Source: Eledone cirrhosa
Taxonomy: Eukaryota
Length of the DNA stretch: 64,000 nucleotides
Direction of reading: 5' to 3'
Assembly: GCA_964016885.1 (NCBI GenBank)
Contig: OZ024740.1
Span: 332,754,001 to 332,818,000, forward strand
A model generated the notes under the pieces. It made no database searches. It had not been told where the DNA came from and saw nothing but the letters and a program-made list of their open reading frames with translations. The translations under genes and the position numbers were made by a program. Each line of letters starts with the position of its first letter. The first letter of the stretch is position 1. Shown in pieces: positions 1 to 12,205 of the stretch.

Positions 1-1049
1 ATATAGATACTTGTATATACTATAATGCATAAACCCATTATCAAGACAAACACAAACATGTACATGCATATAATTCCAAATATAATAATTGGCTTTTAAA
101 AACAACATATGAGAACATAAATCATTACTTTAGAATGGTAATTGTACTAATGAGATGTTATAATCATAGTCGGCTTTACCTGCGCATTGCGACATTGTAT
201 TTGACTTCAAATATCTATGGCATTAGAATCAAATGTTTGTAAAGGAATTCTCTCTGCTTTGGTCGTTATTTGAAATTGGATAATAAAATTAAATTATTTG
301 TTCATTATCAAACAGTAAAAAGGCAAGATCACAGGCGCAAGCATACATGTATCACCATTTTTTCTACATGCTATATCATTGGTAGAGAGTTGCTTGACAA
401 CAATATTTTGAAACATCAAAACCTATAAATGTTTCTAGATTATTTTTCAAATTGATATTTCTATGAATTCCTTTGAGCTGCGTAACCTATCAATGGTTTC
501 CTAATATATGATGCTCAGTGAATAACTACGCATAACTTCCAATTCGTTTAAACCGTGCAACGCAAAAAGCTAAGGAAACCATACAGTAAAACCACATCAG
601 TGATAGGATTACAGCAATATCTATTTATAATGTACGAAAATTACATTAAATGATGGACATGAGGAGGTAAAGTTTAAATCAACATAATTTTTATTAAATT
701 AGGAATGAAAACAACTTACTAGCAAGAATGTGTTAGTGATTACGTTGAATCCTAGCGGGTAATGATTTGTCTCTGAACCTGCCAAAGGTGTGACAACATG
801 GTAGCTACTAGATGTCGATGTCATTTTGTTTATTTAAATAAGGTATATCTTACAGTAATTTAGCATTGGCAGTGGAGAAGCAAGAACTATAAAACTAGAC
901 ATATATGTCTTGAAATAGATAACTTGATGTCAGCAATTTACTTTCATGTATTTTGACATGCATCAACGTGACGGTAAAAACACGTTTCTATGTATATGAA
1001 ATTATAAATGCGCGCGCGCCAACTTTCACACATACGCCCCCCCCCCCCC

Positions 1050-1095
<46 letters not shown>

Positions 1096-4085
1096 TATCC
1101 ATTGATTTTTATTGTGCCCTTTATTCCTATCGTAGGAGGTTCCTTCCCTTCCCATTATAATATTCAATTTTTTCCATATAAATGGTCATCTATCTAAGAA
1201 CTTTTACGCCGCAATAATAATTCTATGAGAACTAACGTCCACAGTTGGATTGTGTATGCAGCACTATTGTAATTGTTGCTGTACTATGAGATAATTTGCT
1301 AAATTTTCCGGTACATTTGTGTAATAGAAATACATTTATTTGGTGCATAAATCATACAATATAGAGGCCATCCTCAAATAACGTAATATCATACATCATA
1401 CCTGCCCATATTACTTGGTAAAATCATCACATTGAATAATAACTATTTCCATTAATCATTATGTCATACTAGCTATGTAGAAATACATTATTGAAATAGA
1501 GTGGAACATATGGAATAAAGTCTAACTTTCGTTATTATTCGAATTATAAATATACCGGAATTAATATTGTTCCTGAATACATACGATACACATTGTTTTA
1601 ATATTCATTCAACAAATTATTCATAGATTATTTAACACATTCAAATGTTGAAATATAGAAAATCTTGATGGTCATTTGCGCATTGTAGCATAGGCATCAT
1701 TTACCGGATATACTGTCTGTGTAATTTAACATTTCAGGTGGTAGCAAATAATAAGTAAGTATGCTAATTTCGAGGTATAAATTCACTGATATTATTTGCT
1801 CATTGCCTGGTTTGTTTCTCTCATATAAAGTTTATGAATAATACATAGCTTAAAATAATTCAAGACATATTTACGTTGAATTTGTGTGTGTGGAGCATTA
1901 GTATATATTTGATTTATGTAACTATGATTATAATTTTTAATATGCTGTTTGATGACTATAATAACAAATCTCTGAAAAATCAGACTCACACCCGTCGGCA
2001 TATTGCCGATTAGGTTTTATTCAATTTAAATTTCAATGTTCGCGCCTAGGATATTGAAAACATGGTAAATTTATGTTACGTATGTCAACATGTCCTTAAT
2101 TTTTGTTTATATATAACTTTATATAGGTATGAAATATACTGATTTCCTATTTCTTGAACATTAACTAAATTAGATATATATCTATTGTTCATCAGACTCC
2201 AGTCTATTGTGGTTAAATGTAATTTACTAAAGCTCGCGCACCAGATAACAATTATGACAATGATGTTATTTTTACTGTGGTAAAGTGGAAGTATCAGTGC
2301 TATTCTCGGACATTGATATTATATATGTCATGGGAAAATATGCTTAAAAAACACTCAAGTTATTAAGCATAATTAATCAGTTTTCTTTTGAATGAATAAT
2401 ATATGCTTATTTTTATATTTTCAATTTATGTTGATGGTTTTGGTTTAGTAGTGTTTATGATTAGCATATTTTGTCAATTATTTTTATATTATGTGAGAAG
2501 AATATAAAAAATATCCCGTGAAAAGGAGGCTAGATATTTGAGTTTGTACTGAGAATTCCTGGCACTTTAATGCTTTATGACTAATTTAAATGTAAAATTG
2601 ATTCCGTTTCAAAAATAGTATTTCTGTGTTTGTATCAACTTGTTTAAATGAAATGACGGAAACCATGAAATCTATATCACATAATGTTTACAATAAACAA
2701 AAATTGAACCTCGATGAAATATTTTCTGAAACCAGCGAAAGTAAGGGTACTTAAGATAAATAATATTCATGAAAACAGGTTATGTTGAATTATCTACAGA
2801 ATATTTCCATTTAATCCTATTAAGATTTTCGAAATATCGACAATTTTATATCGATAAATTATTCACTGTTAAATGAAGTTCGGAAGTCATCATACGTTTA
2901 TTAACAAATTCCCCAACCCTATTACACAATTACAAAAAAAGCCTTCAATTGTTGGCATTTCAATCTGAAATGTTTCAGAGCTTGACATCAATGCATTAAT
3001 ATTTCAATTACAAGAGAGGTTTGTTTTTCTATTCATTTTTTTTTTCCAGTTAATATGATACAAAAGGGAAGCAAGTTGAAATTAGATGCAGTAAATGTGG
3101 TAAATTGGCAATAATTTCACGGTTGCCTATATAGAAGGTCAGGTCACGTGGAATTATGAGCGTTAATGATTTGTTAGAGGCAGAGATAAATGAAGCTAAA
3201 ATTATGAAGAGAAACCCTCAAAAATTTAGGAAGCATACATTAAGAAGAAGTTTAAAAGAGTAGAATATTTCCAGATGATATTTTACGATGGAATCGATCA
3301 AATATTTCTTTTACAACTATACACAATTAGCATGCCAATGAAGTGATATTGTATTTGAGTAATAATTTCAGGTATTAAGGAAAAAGAAGCAAAAAAGAAA
3401 AGAAGTGATTTTGTTAATGTAAAGAAAATGATTGAAGTTTAACTGAAAGTGAGAATGGAGGAGAGATGGAAATGGAAATAAATGTTAGGATGATTTGGAA
3501 ATGTGTACGATAGTTTGATACTGACACGATTAGAATTGAAATGAATAATTTCTAAATGGTATGCATTATCTTTCACAATATTACATTGGAGGAAATAGGC
3601 ATGCAATCAACGAGAAACAAAACTGATATAAAATACATATTCACTGAGAGCTGTAAAGAGATACATTATTACATATTACATCTATGTAGAAATATGTTTC
3701 GTAAATTATATACAGTGACAATGCAATTTTCCCCGGTGGATATATCACTGAATTTGTTTTAAAGATTAATATGCTGCAAACATTAAAATAAATAATTTAT
3801 CACATACTGAACTTAATATAATTCACGCAAACATGCTTGTATCCTTAATAGTACACTTTAGCACCACAGGTCTTCGGGTTCTATGAGATGTCACAGCAGA
3901 TGTAACTTTCAGTTAACCAAAGGGATTTATTGATGGGTTTTTTTCTTGTTAGGAAGATTAATTCTTCGACCGACTTAACTCCACCATTTGAACTATGGAT
4001 GCTACACTGCTTCATCTGATTATGGAAAAAGCAACATATCATTCAGCATGATTTACTCTTTTCTCTTTCTTCCTCGGTTTAGCTT

Positions 4086-4184
<99 letters not shown>

Positions 4185-6579
4185 GGTTATATTTGGAGAG
4201 GGTCGTATTGTTATAATATTGCCAGAAATATAATAAAACACACTCACTGTTTCTTTTGGATTTGTTTTCGCATCCCTATATTTTATATGCCGGGCAATCA
4301 ATGTTTATAAATATAGATATAAACATATATTGATAGTCTATAAACGTTCTTTCATCACACACCTGTGACATCATCAGTGGCACTATTATGTTTCCTCCCG
4401 TTATATTTTGATGCTTTGCACACACACACACATATATACATATATGAGTGTGTATGTATAAACAGAGAAAGATATATATATAGAGAGAGAGGGTGTGTGA
4501 GGGAGGGGGGTTAAAGGGAAATATTTTAATCTATATTTTTATCAGTAAAATCTTGTTACATACATTTTCCCCTCTCTCTCTTTCTATTTCTCTTTTTCTA
4601 TCAATCTAATTATCACACTTTCAGAGATGATGTGATAGATAATCAGATGCATGGAAAGATAATTGACATTAAGATAGATATATATATAAAGGCAGTATTC
4701 AGAGAACCTAACATTAATATGTAAAGCAGTAATTACAATTAAATGTCAGGATGTATGTACTAAACATGACCAAAGGCCGATGATTATATGCTGTTCTATT
4801 CAGCAAAGCTCACCTGATGTTTCATGCTCTAGGGTATATTAGCATTTGGACAGAAATTGGATCGTTTCAGGCAAGAGAAATAAAAATAAATCAAGTCAAG
4901 ATATTGTACTCTTGGGAAATGGTTGGAAGGCAACAGACAAACAACTTGTATCCATGAGGGAGATTACATTGAAGAAATTCACTTTAGCTGTCATTCGTTT
5001 GATAAATGTCTTCTAGGCTATATTTTTCCTATTCCTAAGATATATTTGGAATACACTCCAGTTGTCTGCTTTATGTTGCAGCAATTTATAAATTAAATAA
5101 ACAAATAAATAATATACTATAATAAACTTACTTCTGACAATGAAATTTACAATAACATGAACAAAGAACATAATAATGATTATAAATGTTATTATTATCA
5201 TAATGATTGATGTAGTTGTTGCTGACTGTGTGGATTTTGTTCCTATTTTAGCAATTGTACTTACTGTATTTTGCTTCTATTTGGTGTTCAGACTATAATC
5301 GCTTATTGTAATTTTTTTTTCAGAGCTTAGAGGAAAAGGGAAGTTTTAAACAAAATACATGATTAATCACACTAAAGAAACAAAACAGATACGAATGTCA
5401 CATTTTAACATATTTCAACACACATAAACAAAACTGCCAAATCCCTGATGGAAAACGATAAACGCGAAGTTGATGAGGTCACGATTACTACACAAACTCT
5501 CATTAGACTGCTTGCATATATCTTAATACTTTGAAGTGCGTCAGTATAAAAAATTAATATGTATTGAGGGGAACGTAAATCTGATGTTTTGGGACTATCT
5601 CTTCATCTGTGAAAGAGAACATATTAAACGAATAGTCAGGCTCAACAATTCGGGCACTTCCTTTTCATGATTGTATACAAACACTTCTGAACTCACACAT
5701 TTTACGGTCTATTCTTTGCCCACAAAGACAAGAACAACATTGCTTGTACTCTTGTTTCATCTTTTATATTTGTAAGATATCTCAACCTCCGTTTCTAATA
5801 AAAGGGGAATATATCGCCTTAGATATAAGATTTAACATCATATGTGCTTTCTTGTTCAAGCTAAAACGTAGACTAACAGCTAATACGATTCCAAATCATT
5901 TGCTCATTGACGAATTAGTATATTTGAAATACGCACTACACTATAAATGCTAAAATGTCACTTGTCAAACTTTCTGATTACTCCATAATTATCCTCTTTA
6001 TAAAGGTAGGTATTTCAAATATCATGCAATAACATATGTCCTACAATACGAGATGCCACACAAAAATTACAAGAAATTACACTCTTTTTATTCGCTCATT
6101 TTATACGCATCTAATGTAATACTATAATTCATTTCTGTCTATTTTAAAGGGAACCAATCCTCAATCTGTACATGTATTTTCATCAGAGTAACAAGTACAA
6201 TTATGCCTCAGAACAGCGAATAACATCTTTTGTAACATTCAGCAATGGTAGTTTTAGAGATACTGTATACTAATGGCATCGGTTTCTATGGTGATATATC
6301 TAGACATCAAATTGATGCTGGCTTCCATAAGATGCTTTTTATGTTATGTAAAGTTAAATTAAAGAATCTTACATCGTCTCGAAGAAATACGATAATGGTT
6401 TACATTAAGAAAGCAAGATATGAATAATGCATATAAACTTAATTCTGTAAATTATCTCTCAGTGGATTTAGAAATAGGACAAAATTATAATTTGGTTTCT
6501 TTTATATATGCAACTTACTGAATGAAATTATGTAGATCGAACGGACGAGGGAGACACTGTTCAGGATTTCGAGTTTCTT

Positions 6580-7100
6580 TTACGAGCAGATATCATCTCA
6601 GAATTGGAAGAACAAATTGTATATTTTACTTAAATCGAAATCTAAAATGCCGTGATCGCCACGACAGAAATGTGTTTGAAGAACGACATATTACATCAAT
6701 ATTAACCTGGAGATGCACAACTGCACCATGAGCAACAGAATCAGTTGCAAGATGCATTTTACTGGATGGAAGTAAAGTTTTTTGAAGCGTTGTTGGAAGA
6801 AAGAATGTACGGGTTTGCATTCGCATAATAAATAGTTGATGGTATAGTAATTTATAATATATTTAGGCATAATAATACTAAATAAACAGTTGGCCATTAT
6901 CGTGCCATCCATTAGAAACGCCGCAGGATTAACATCTAATTATTTTAAGTGTATGGATAGCGATATCGCACCTCCCTGTCTCGTTCATTCTACCGGCTTG
7001 TGGAAGAAAAGAAAAATAGCATAATCACTATTAAATGAAATATATTGGTAAGGCATATGTTAGCGCACCATGGGGTGCAACTGCTATATCACTTTCCGTG
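6580..7100 (+). pseudogene. Highly degraded RTE-type LINE apurinic endonuclease N-terminal fossil
   Basis: Manual translation gives RYHLRIGRTN...AVIATTEMCL...DAFYWMEV...EERMYGFAFA, resembling the RTE APE motifs LRIGTWN / DIAALSETR / YTFFWSG / ERRxHGVGFAI, interrupted by stops. Confidence 0.3.
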
Positions 7101-7847
7101 AGATGTGGCACATATTCGAAAAACATATGGTATCAATCAACATGAAAACTAAATTAAGATTCTGCAGCCAATACGAGAAATGTCTTGTTTGGAAGTTCCA
7201 TGCTTATAGCACTGGATATCCCACAAAACCACCTTAGTTCTCGCATTGTGTATGCGAACGGTATAGAGACCTAATCGGAAAACTCTCATACCCACATCAT
7301 TTCTAGGCTTCATCAAATACGCCAGATCAATGCTTGAATTCAACGTCAAGCGAAATATCTTACAAGAGTGGGTGCATAAAGCGTCATCAGATAACAATGC
7401 TGCTTAAAATCAACAACGGATCAATTGTCATTACTGGCCTGTCACTCTGATAAGGCACACCATGTGCAGCCATCATATCACATATATCTTTATACAGCCG
7501 GAAGAGCTACGGTCCCTGTATTTTCCATACCACTACATACTCTGAAAAAAGCAATTGAATCAATCTATTACAAGCTACTAACTCTTCTGCTTGCTGTGTA
7601 TGTTTCTAAACATATTTCACGGACTTATTCCTATGTGCGCCCGGAAAAGTATAGAATTAAAAAATTCAGACATTTAACATGGAGTATCCAATATTGTAGA
7701 TTAAAAATTTAATGAAATTCCAGGTTTTATCTAATTGAAAGGTTTCATATTTTTCAGCTGTCATGTATATAGTTTATTTGGAGGTCAAATATAACCCTTT
7801 TTCGAATAGCTTCCAAATACCCAGCATCGCAACGTCCGATGTCCAAT

Positions 7848-8032
7848 GCGGTGAATTGGCATTATCGGTAGAGGGTCTGACGCCATGCTTTCCAGCATAG
7901 TTACGTCCCTTTACGATCTGAGTTCAAATCCGGCCGAGGTTAACTTTGCCTTTCATCCTTACGGGGTCGATAAAATAAAGTACCAGTAATGTACTGGGTA
8001 ATTGCTGGCCTTGTGTCTAAAATAGAAACAAT
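7848..8032 (+). mobile_element. tRNA-derived SINE with Meta/MESC-like core, full-length copy
   Basis: A-box-like TGGCATTATCGG, B-box GAGTTCAAATCC, core CTTTGCCTTTCATCCTTACGGGGTCGATAAAATAAAGTACCAG, and a 3' end resembling GTAGAAACAATTAT. About 15 copies occur in the window. Confidence 0.85.
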
Positions 8033-8244
8033 AACTGTCACACAGCTTCGCTAACGAGCCACATAGAATAATTAATAATAACACATGTTTGCACCGATGT
8101 AGTGTGCGTTATCTCCCCCACTCAGAATATTTGTCCAGCCATTTATAACTTTGAATTGCAATATACTGGCTAACATCCTTTTCTTGGACAATAAGTCATT
8201 TCCATTATACAACGTTGCGGATAGAGACAGCTTCATACAACATA

Positions 8245-8432
8245 TAATTGTTTCTACTTTTGGCACAAGGCCAGCAATTAATCCAGTGTATTACTGGTAC
8301 TTTATTTTATTGACCCCGTAAGGATGAAAGGCAAAGTTAACCTCGGCGGGATTTGAACTCAGATTATAAAGGGCCGTAGCTCTATGCTAAAAAGCATGTT
8401 GTCCGACTCTCTACCAATACTGCCAATCCACC
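8245..8432 (-). mobile_element. SINE copy, same family
   Basis: Reverse complement of the 7848-8032 consensus. Confidence 0.85.
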
Positions 8433-8949
8433 ATCAGATGTTATTACGTTAAACCTATGCACATCAATGTCCGTGTAATACCAGCATGTGCATTTCTTAT
8501 TTAATTATTAATCCAGTTCGCGTTTATTCATCACCATATCTACAATGTTTCACTATCTAAATTGAATTGATAACTAATATAGTTCTCCATCTCCATTATC
8601 AAGCATTTTTTCCTCGGAGACACCAGTCTCTAGATTTAACAATGTCACTAACCCAATTAACATCTGTTAATTCCTACTGTTGTAAAAGCTGGAGTTTGAA
8701 ACCCATATTGTAAGGGATACAACCCTATTTCGTAAAGTTCGTCCTGTCAATAAATCATTTATCTGCTTGATAGCCTAATCTGCTAAATATAAACAGCCAA
8801 ACATATTTGTATCAGATGTATCAGATGTATCAGATAGATCTAGTATAGTTGAATAAGTATAGTTCACATTTGGTTTAAATAACATCAGCAACAACTTACC
8901 TGCGGAAATTTCCTTGTCATTATCATCTATTTATGTCTCTATCTATCTA

Positions 8950-9846
8950 AGAGGGCTGGTACGCAGCAGGTGCGACGACGCCCTTGGAGAAGCCCTAGAC
9001 ATGGAGGAGGACGAACTGGCCAGCCTGTTCGGTAGGACATTCAGCCCGGGACCTATGGACAACTTCCAGAAGTCCCTGGCCTGGCAGTGCTACCGAGGGA
9101 CTTTACCCGTTCGAGAAAGGCTCTACAGACACGGGCGCCCGGGTAGGGACCCCGCCAAAAAGATCTGTCCCAGATGCGTGTGCGACGAGGAAACCGTTGC
9201 ACACGCATTGGTACACTGCTCGGGCGTAGCCGATCTGTGGGGCTATGTCGAACAACTGCTGTCAAGGGTGGGACCGATCCGGTTGACCACCGAGTCTATT
9301 GTAATGATCAAGCCGCCTCCCCCCTTCAAAGATGAAGCAGAGGCGGTGTTTCTGTGCGTAATAGCCATGGCGAAAGAGGTTGTATGGTGGACGCGTCTGA
9401 AAGGACTGAGGTCAGGCACCTTTCTCTCTGGCCAACAACTGGTCCGTTTCTTCCGATATCATTTCGGAAGAAGGATCAGGATGGAGAGAGAGGTGCTGCA
9501 CCCCAGTCGTTTTTATGAAAGGTGGGTGAAAGTGGCGAGAATGGCCCGTGTGAATGGGCCTTCTCTTTACATAAGCCTGTAGGTGGAAAAGAGGAAGGAA
9601 CGAGGGAGCACCCCCTCTCTGTGCTCCTGAGGAAAAGGGTTGCACACTTTTTTCGGGGGTGTGTGCGACCCCCCAAGGCGCCTCCTCTCTATTGAGGATT
9701 TTGTTAAAAATTTTATTTTTTGTTATATCTTATTTTATTTTTATATTTTGTTATTGCCTCCTCCTTATTGAGGACGCCTTTTTGTGTAAACTCCCCCCTT
9801 TGTACTTGTCCCACTTTTGATGCCCTAGTGGCAAATAAAAGAAACT
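8950..9846 (+). mobile_element. 5'-truncated L1/Tx1-clade non-LTR retrotransposon (ORF2 C-terminus with zf-RVT-like domain plus 3'UTR)
   Basis: ORF 8914-9582 contains FQKSLAWQCYRGTLPVRERL...CPRC...ETVAHALVHC, a CCHC motif typical of L1/Tx1 ORF2. It forms a GC-rich island with AATAAA near the end, flanked by identical TATCTATCTA at 8940-8949 and 9847-9856. Confidence 0.8.
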
Positions 9847-9864
9847 TATCTATCTATATATATA

Positions 9865-10053
9865 TAATTGTTTCCACATTTGGCACAATGCCAGCAATTA
9901 CGCAGTACGTTACTGGTACTTTATTTTATCGAACCCGTAAGGATGAATGGTAAAGTTAACCTCGGTGGGATTTGAAATAAGTCTGTAAAGGCACGTAACT
10001 ATGCTGGAAAGCATAGCGTCCGACTCTCTACCGAAACAAGCCAATCCACCGCC
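9865..10053 (-). mobile_element. SINE copy
   Basis: Reverse complement match to the SINE consensus. Confidence 0.85.
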
Positions 10054-10056
10054 GCC

Positions 10057-10085
<29 letters not shown>

Positions 10086-10089
<4 letters not shown>

Positions 10090-10299
10090 CTTTCTTATAC
10101 AGGCACAATGCCAGCAATTCAGAGGAGGGGAAATTCGATTAAAATTGACCCAATTGCGTGACTGGTACTTTATTTTATCGAACCTGTAAGGATGAAAGGG
10201 AAAGTTAACCTCGGCGGGATTTGAACTCAGATCATAAAGAGCTGTAACTCTATGTTACAAGGCATGGCGGCCGACCCTCTACCGATACTGCCAATGCCA
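10086..10299 (-). mobile_element. SINE copy, long variant with an extra ~25-30 bp near the 3' end
   Basis: Same head and core. The extra segment (AGAGGAGGGGAAATTCGATTAAAATTGACC) is shared with the 32205 copy. Confidence 0.8.
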
Positions 10300-10793
10300 T
10301 CAAGAGATAGTTCGGATTTTATTAGTTGTTGAATATCTACACAGACACTATTGCTTTCATATCATGAGCATTGCTGAGAGAAGACACAACAACAATAACA
10401 TAGTCTATCGTCATAGATTTGCCTTATTTGCAATGATTTATCGACTGTAACCTTTACCACACGTTACACAGTGTCATCTTTCTCACACTATTATATTAGG
10501 TGCTGCTCCTACGAAAATTGTGGTTAGATATATCACATGGACGTATCTCCAGGAGATCTGTAGTCAATTATTTATGCTCCCGCTTCTTAAGCAACAGAAA
10601 AAAGCCCTATATTATCTCCTAAATTTCCGCGCTCTAGGCAAGGGTTATGTGAATAAATATAACCTACGAAGGAGACAGGGAACAACGCAGAAAAAAATGA
10701 TGGAAAAATAATGAAAGGCAGATTTTAAGTGTAATATCATTGTTATATTCTCGTCAATATTAGAGTTAGATATGAATAATTCTCTATCCGTTC

Positions 10794-10885
<92 letters not shown>

Positions 10886-11544
10886 CATACATACTTAGAT
10901 ATACGTGCGCGCGCGCGTATGCCTCTGTATATGTAAGTTTGTGTGCGTGTGCTTTGTGGGTATAAGAGCTGTGTTCGCAGATTTTGTTTACATTTGATTA
11001 TATTTTTATTTGGAATCTGATGTTTGCCTTTCATCACCAGATTTTCGAAAATAAGTATATCATTAATTATGTTTCCATAGATAATATTTTGGTATCTTAC
11101 GAGTTTCAGATATTGCACTGCAATCATGCGTCAAAAGCTCCTTCAATTTGCTTTACTCATATTACAACCATTTGTCCAATATTTATTTCAGCAATCTCGA
11201 AAAGTTCAAAATGATCTGTGAAATCGTGGTCGAAAATAAACATCACAAACAATTCCTTTTCGAGTGAACTGATTTTCAACCAACATATTCTACTATAAAC
11301 ACACACTCACACAAACACACACACACACACACACAATTACGCACACACTCACACTCTCACACACACACATATATATGTATTTTATATATATATGTTAAAA
11401 GATTATACATCGCCGTGGGCTCGAACTTGGTATATATATATATATATATATTGTAAAGCAAAATTGTTGACAATGTGGTCTTTATATATATATATATAAA
11501 CACAGATATATGCAATATAATATATATATAAATAAATATACACA

Positions 11545-11586
<42 letters not shown>

Positions 11587-11589
<3 letters not shown>

Positions 11590-12172
11590 AATTGAAACAA
11601 AATGAAAACGAAATTTCATTTCTCACTCTTAGTATGGCACTTACTTAAATGTAAGTATGCATGTATACGTACATACATATATGTATACAGACGTACAGTA
11701 GCATGCACATATATATATATATACACATATATATACATATGCATACAGGTACACATACATATATGCACGTATCAGTTTAGCGGCGCTAACGTCGCTTTGT
11801 TCGTTTGTAAACAAACTGAACAGCCTGAATTTATGCCATACGGTGTTAAGGCAACCACGTCACCTTTTTGTTCAACACTGACACAGGAACGATGTACTAG
11901 TTTCAAGCTTGTTAGCTATCATCAGCACCGTTTACCCATCTGCCAGATAGTTGAACGTTCGAAAGTATATACTTTCGTTATGAAAATTAACGGCTGAGCA
12001 GCCTAATTTGCATATTGAGTGAGTTAAATCGGTCAGGCATACCGAAAACGATAAATTGAAACAAAATGAAAACGAAATTTCATTTCTCACTCTTAGTATG
12101 GCACTTACTTAAATGTAAGTATGCATGTATACGTACATACATATATGTATACAGACGTACAGTAGCATGCAC

Positions 12173-12205
<33 letters not shown>

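Noticed and set aside
3035-3135. Polypyrimidine-AG acceptor-like site followed by an RCSKCGK peptide
   Set aside because: The frame closes quickly, there is no convincing donor or partner exon, and the evidence is insufficient for an exon or zinc knuckle call.
1-6500. Repeat-poor unique AT-rich stretch as a possible regulatory or genic region
   Set aside because: I can support no ORF, splice structure or motif by eye. Conservation or expression data would be needed.
8809-8836. GTATCAGAT x3 and other tiny tandem duplications (37888-37937, 46880-46930)
   Set aside because: Ordinary slippage duplications with no sign of function.
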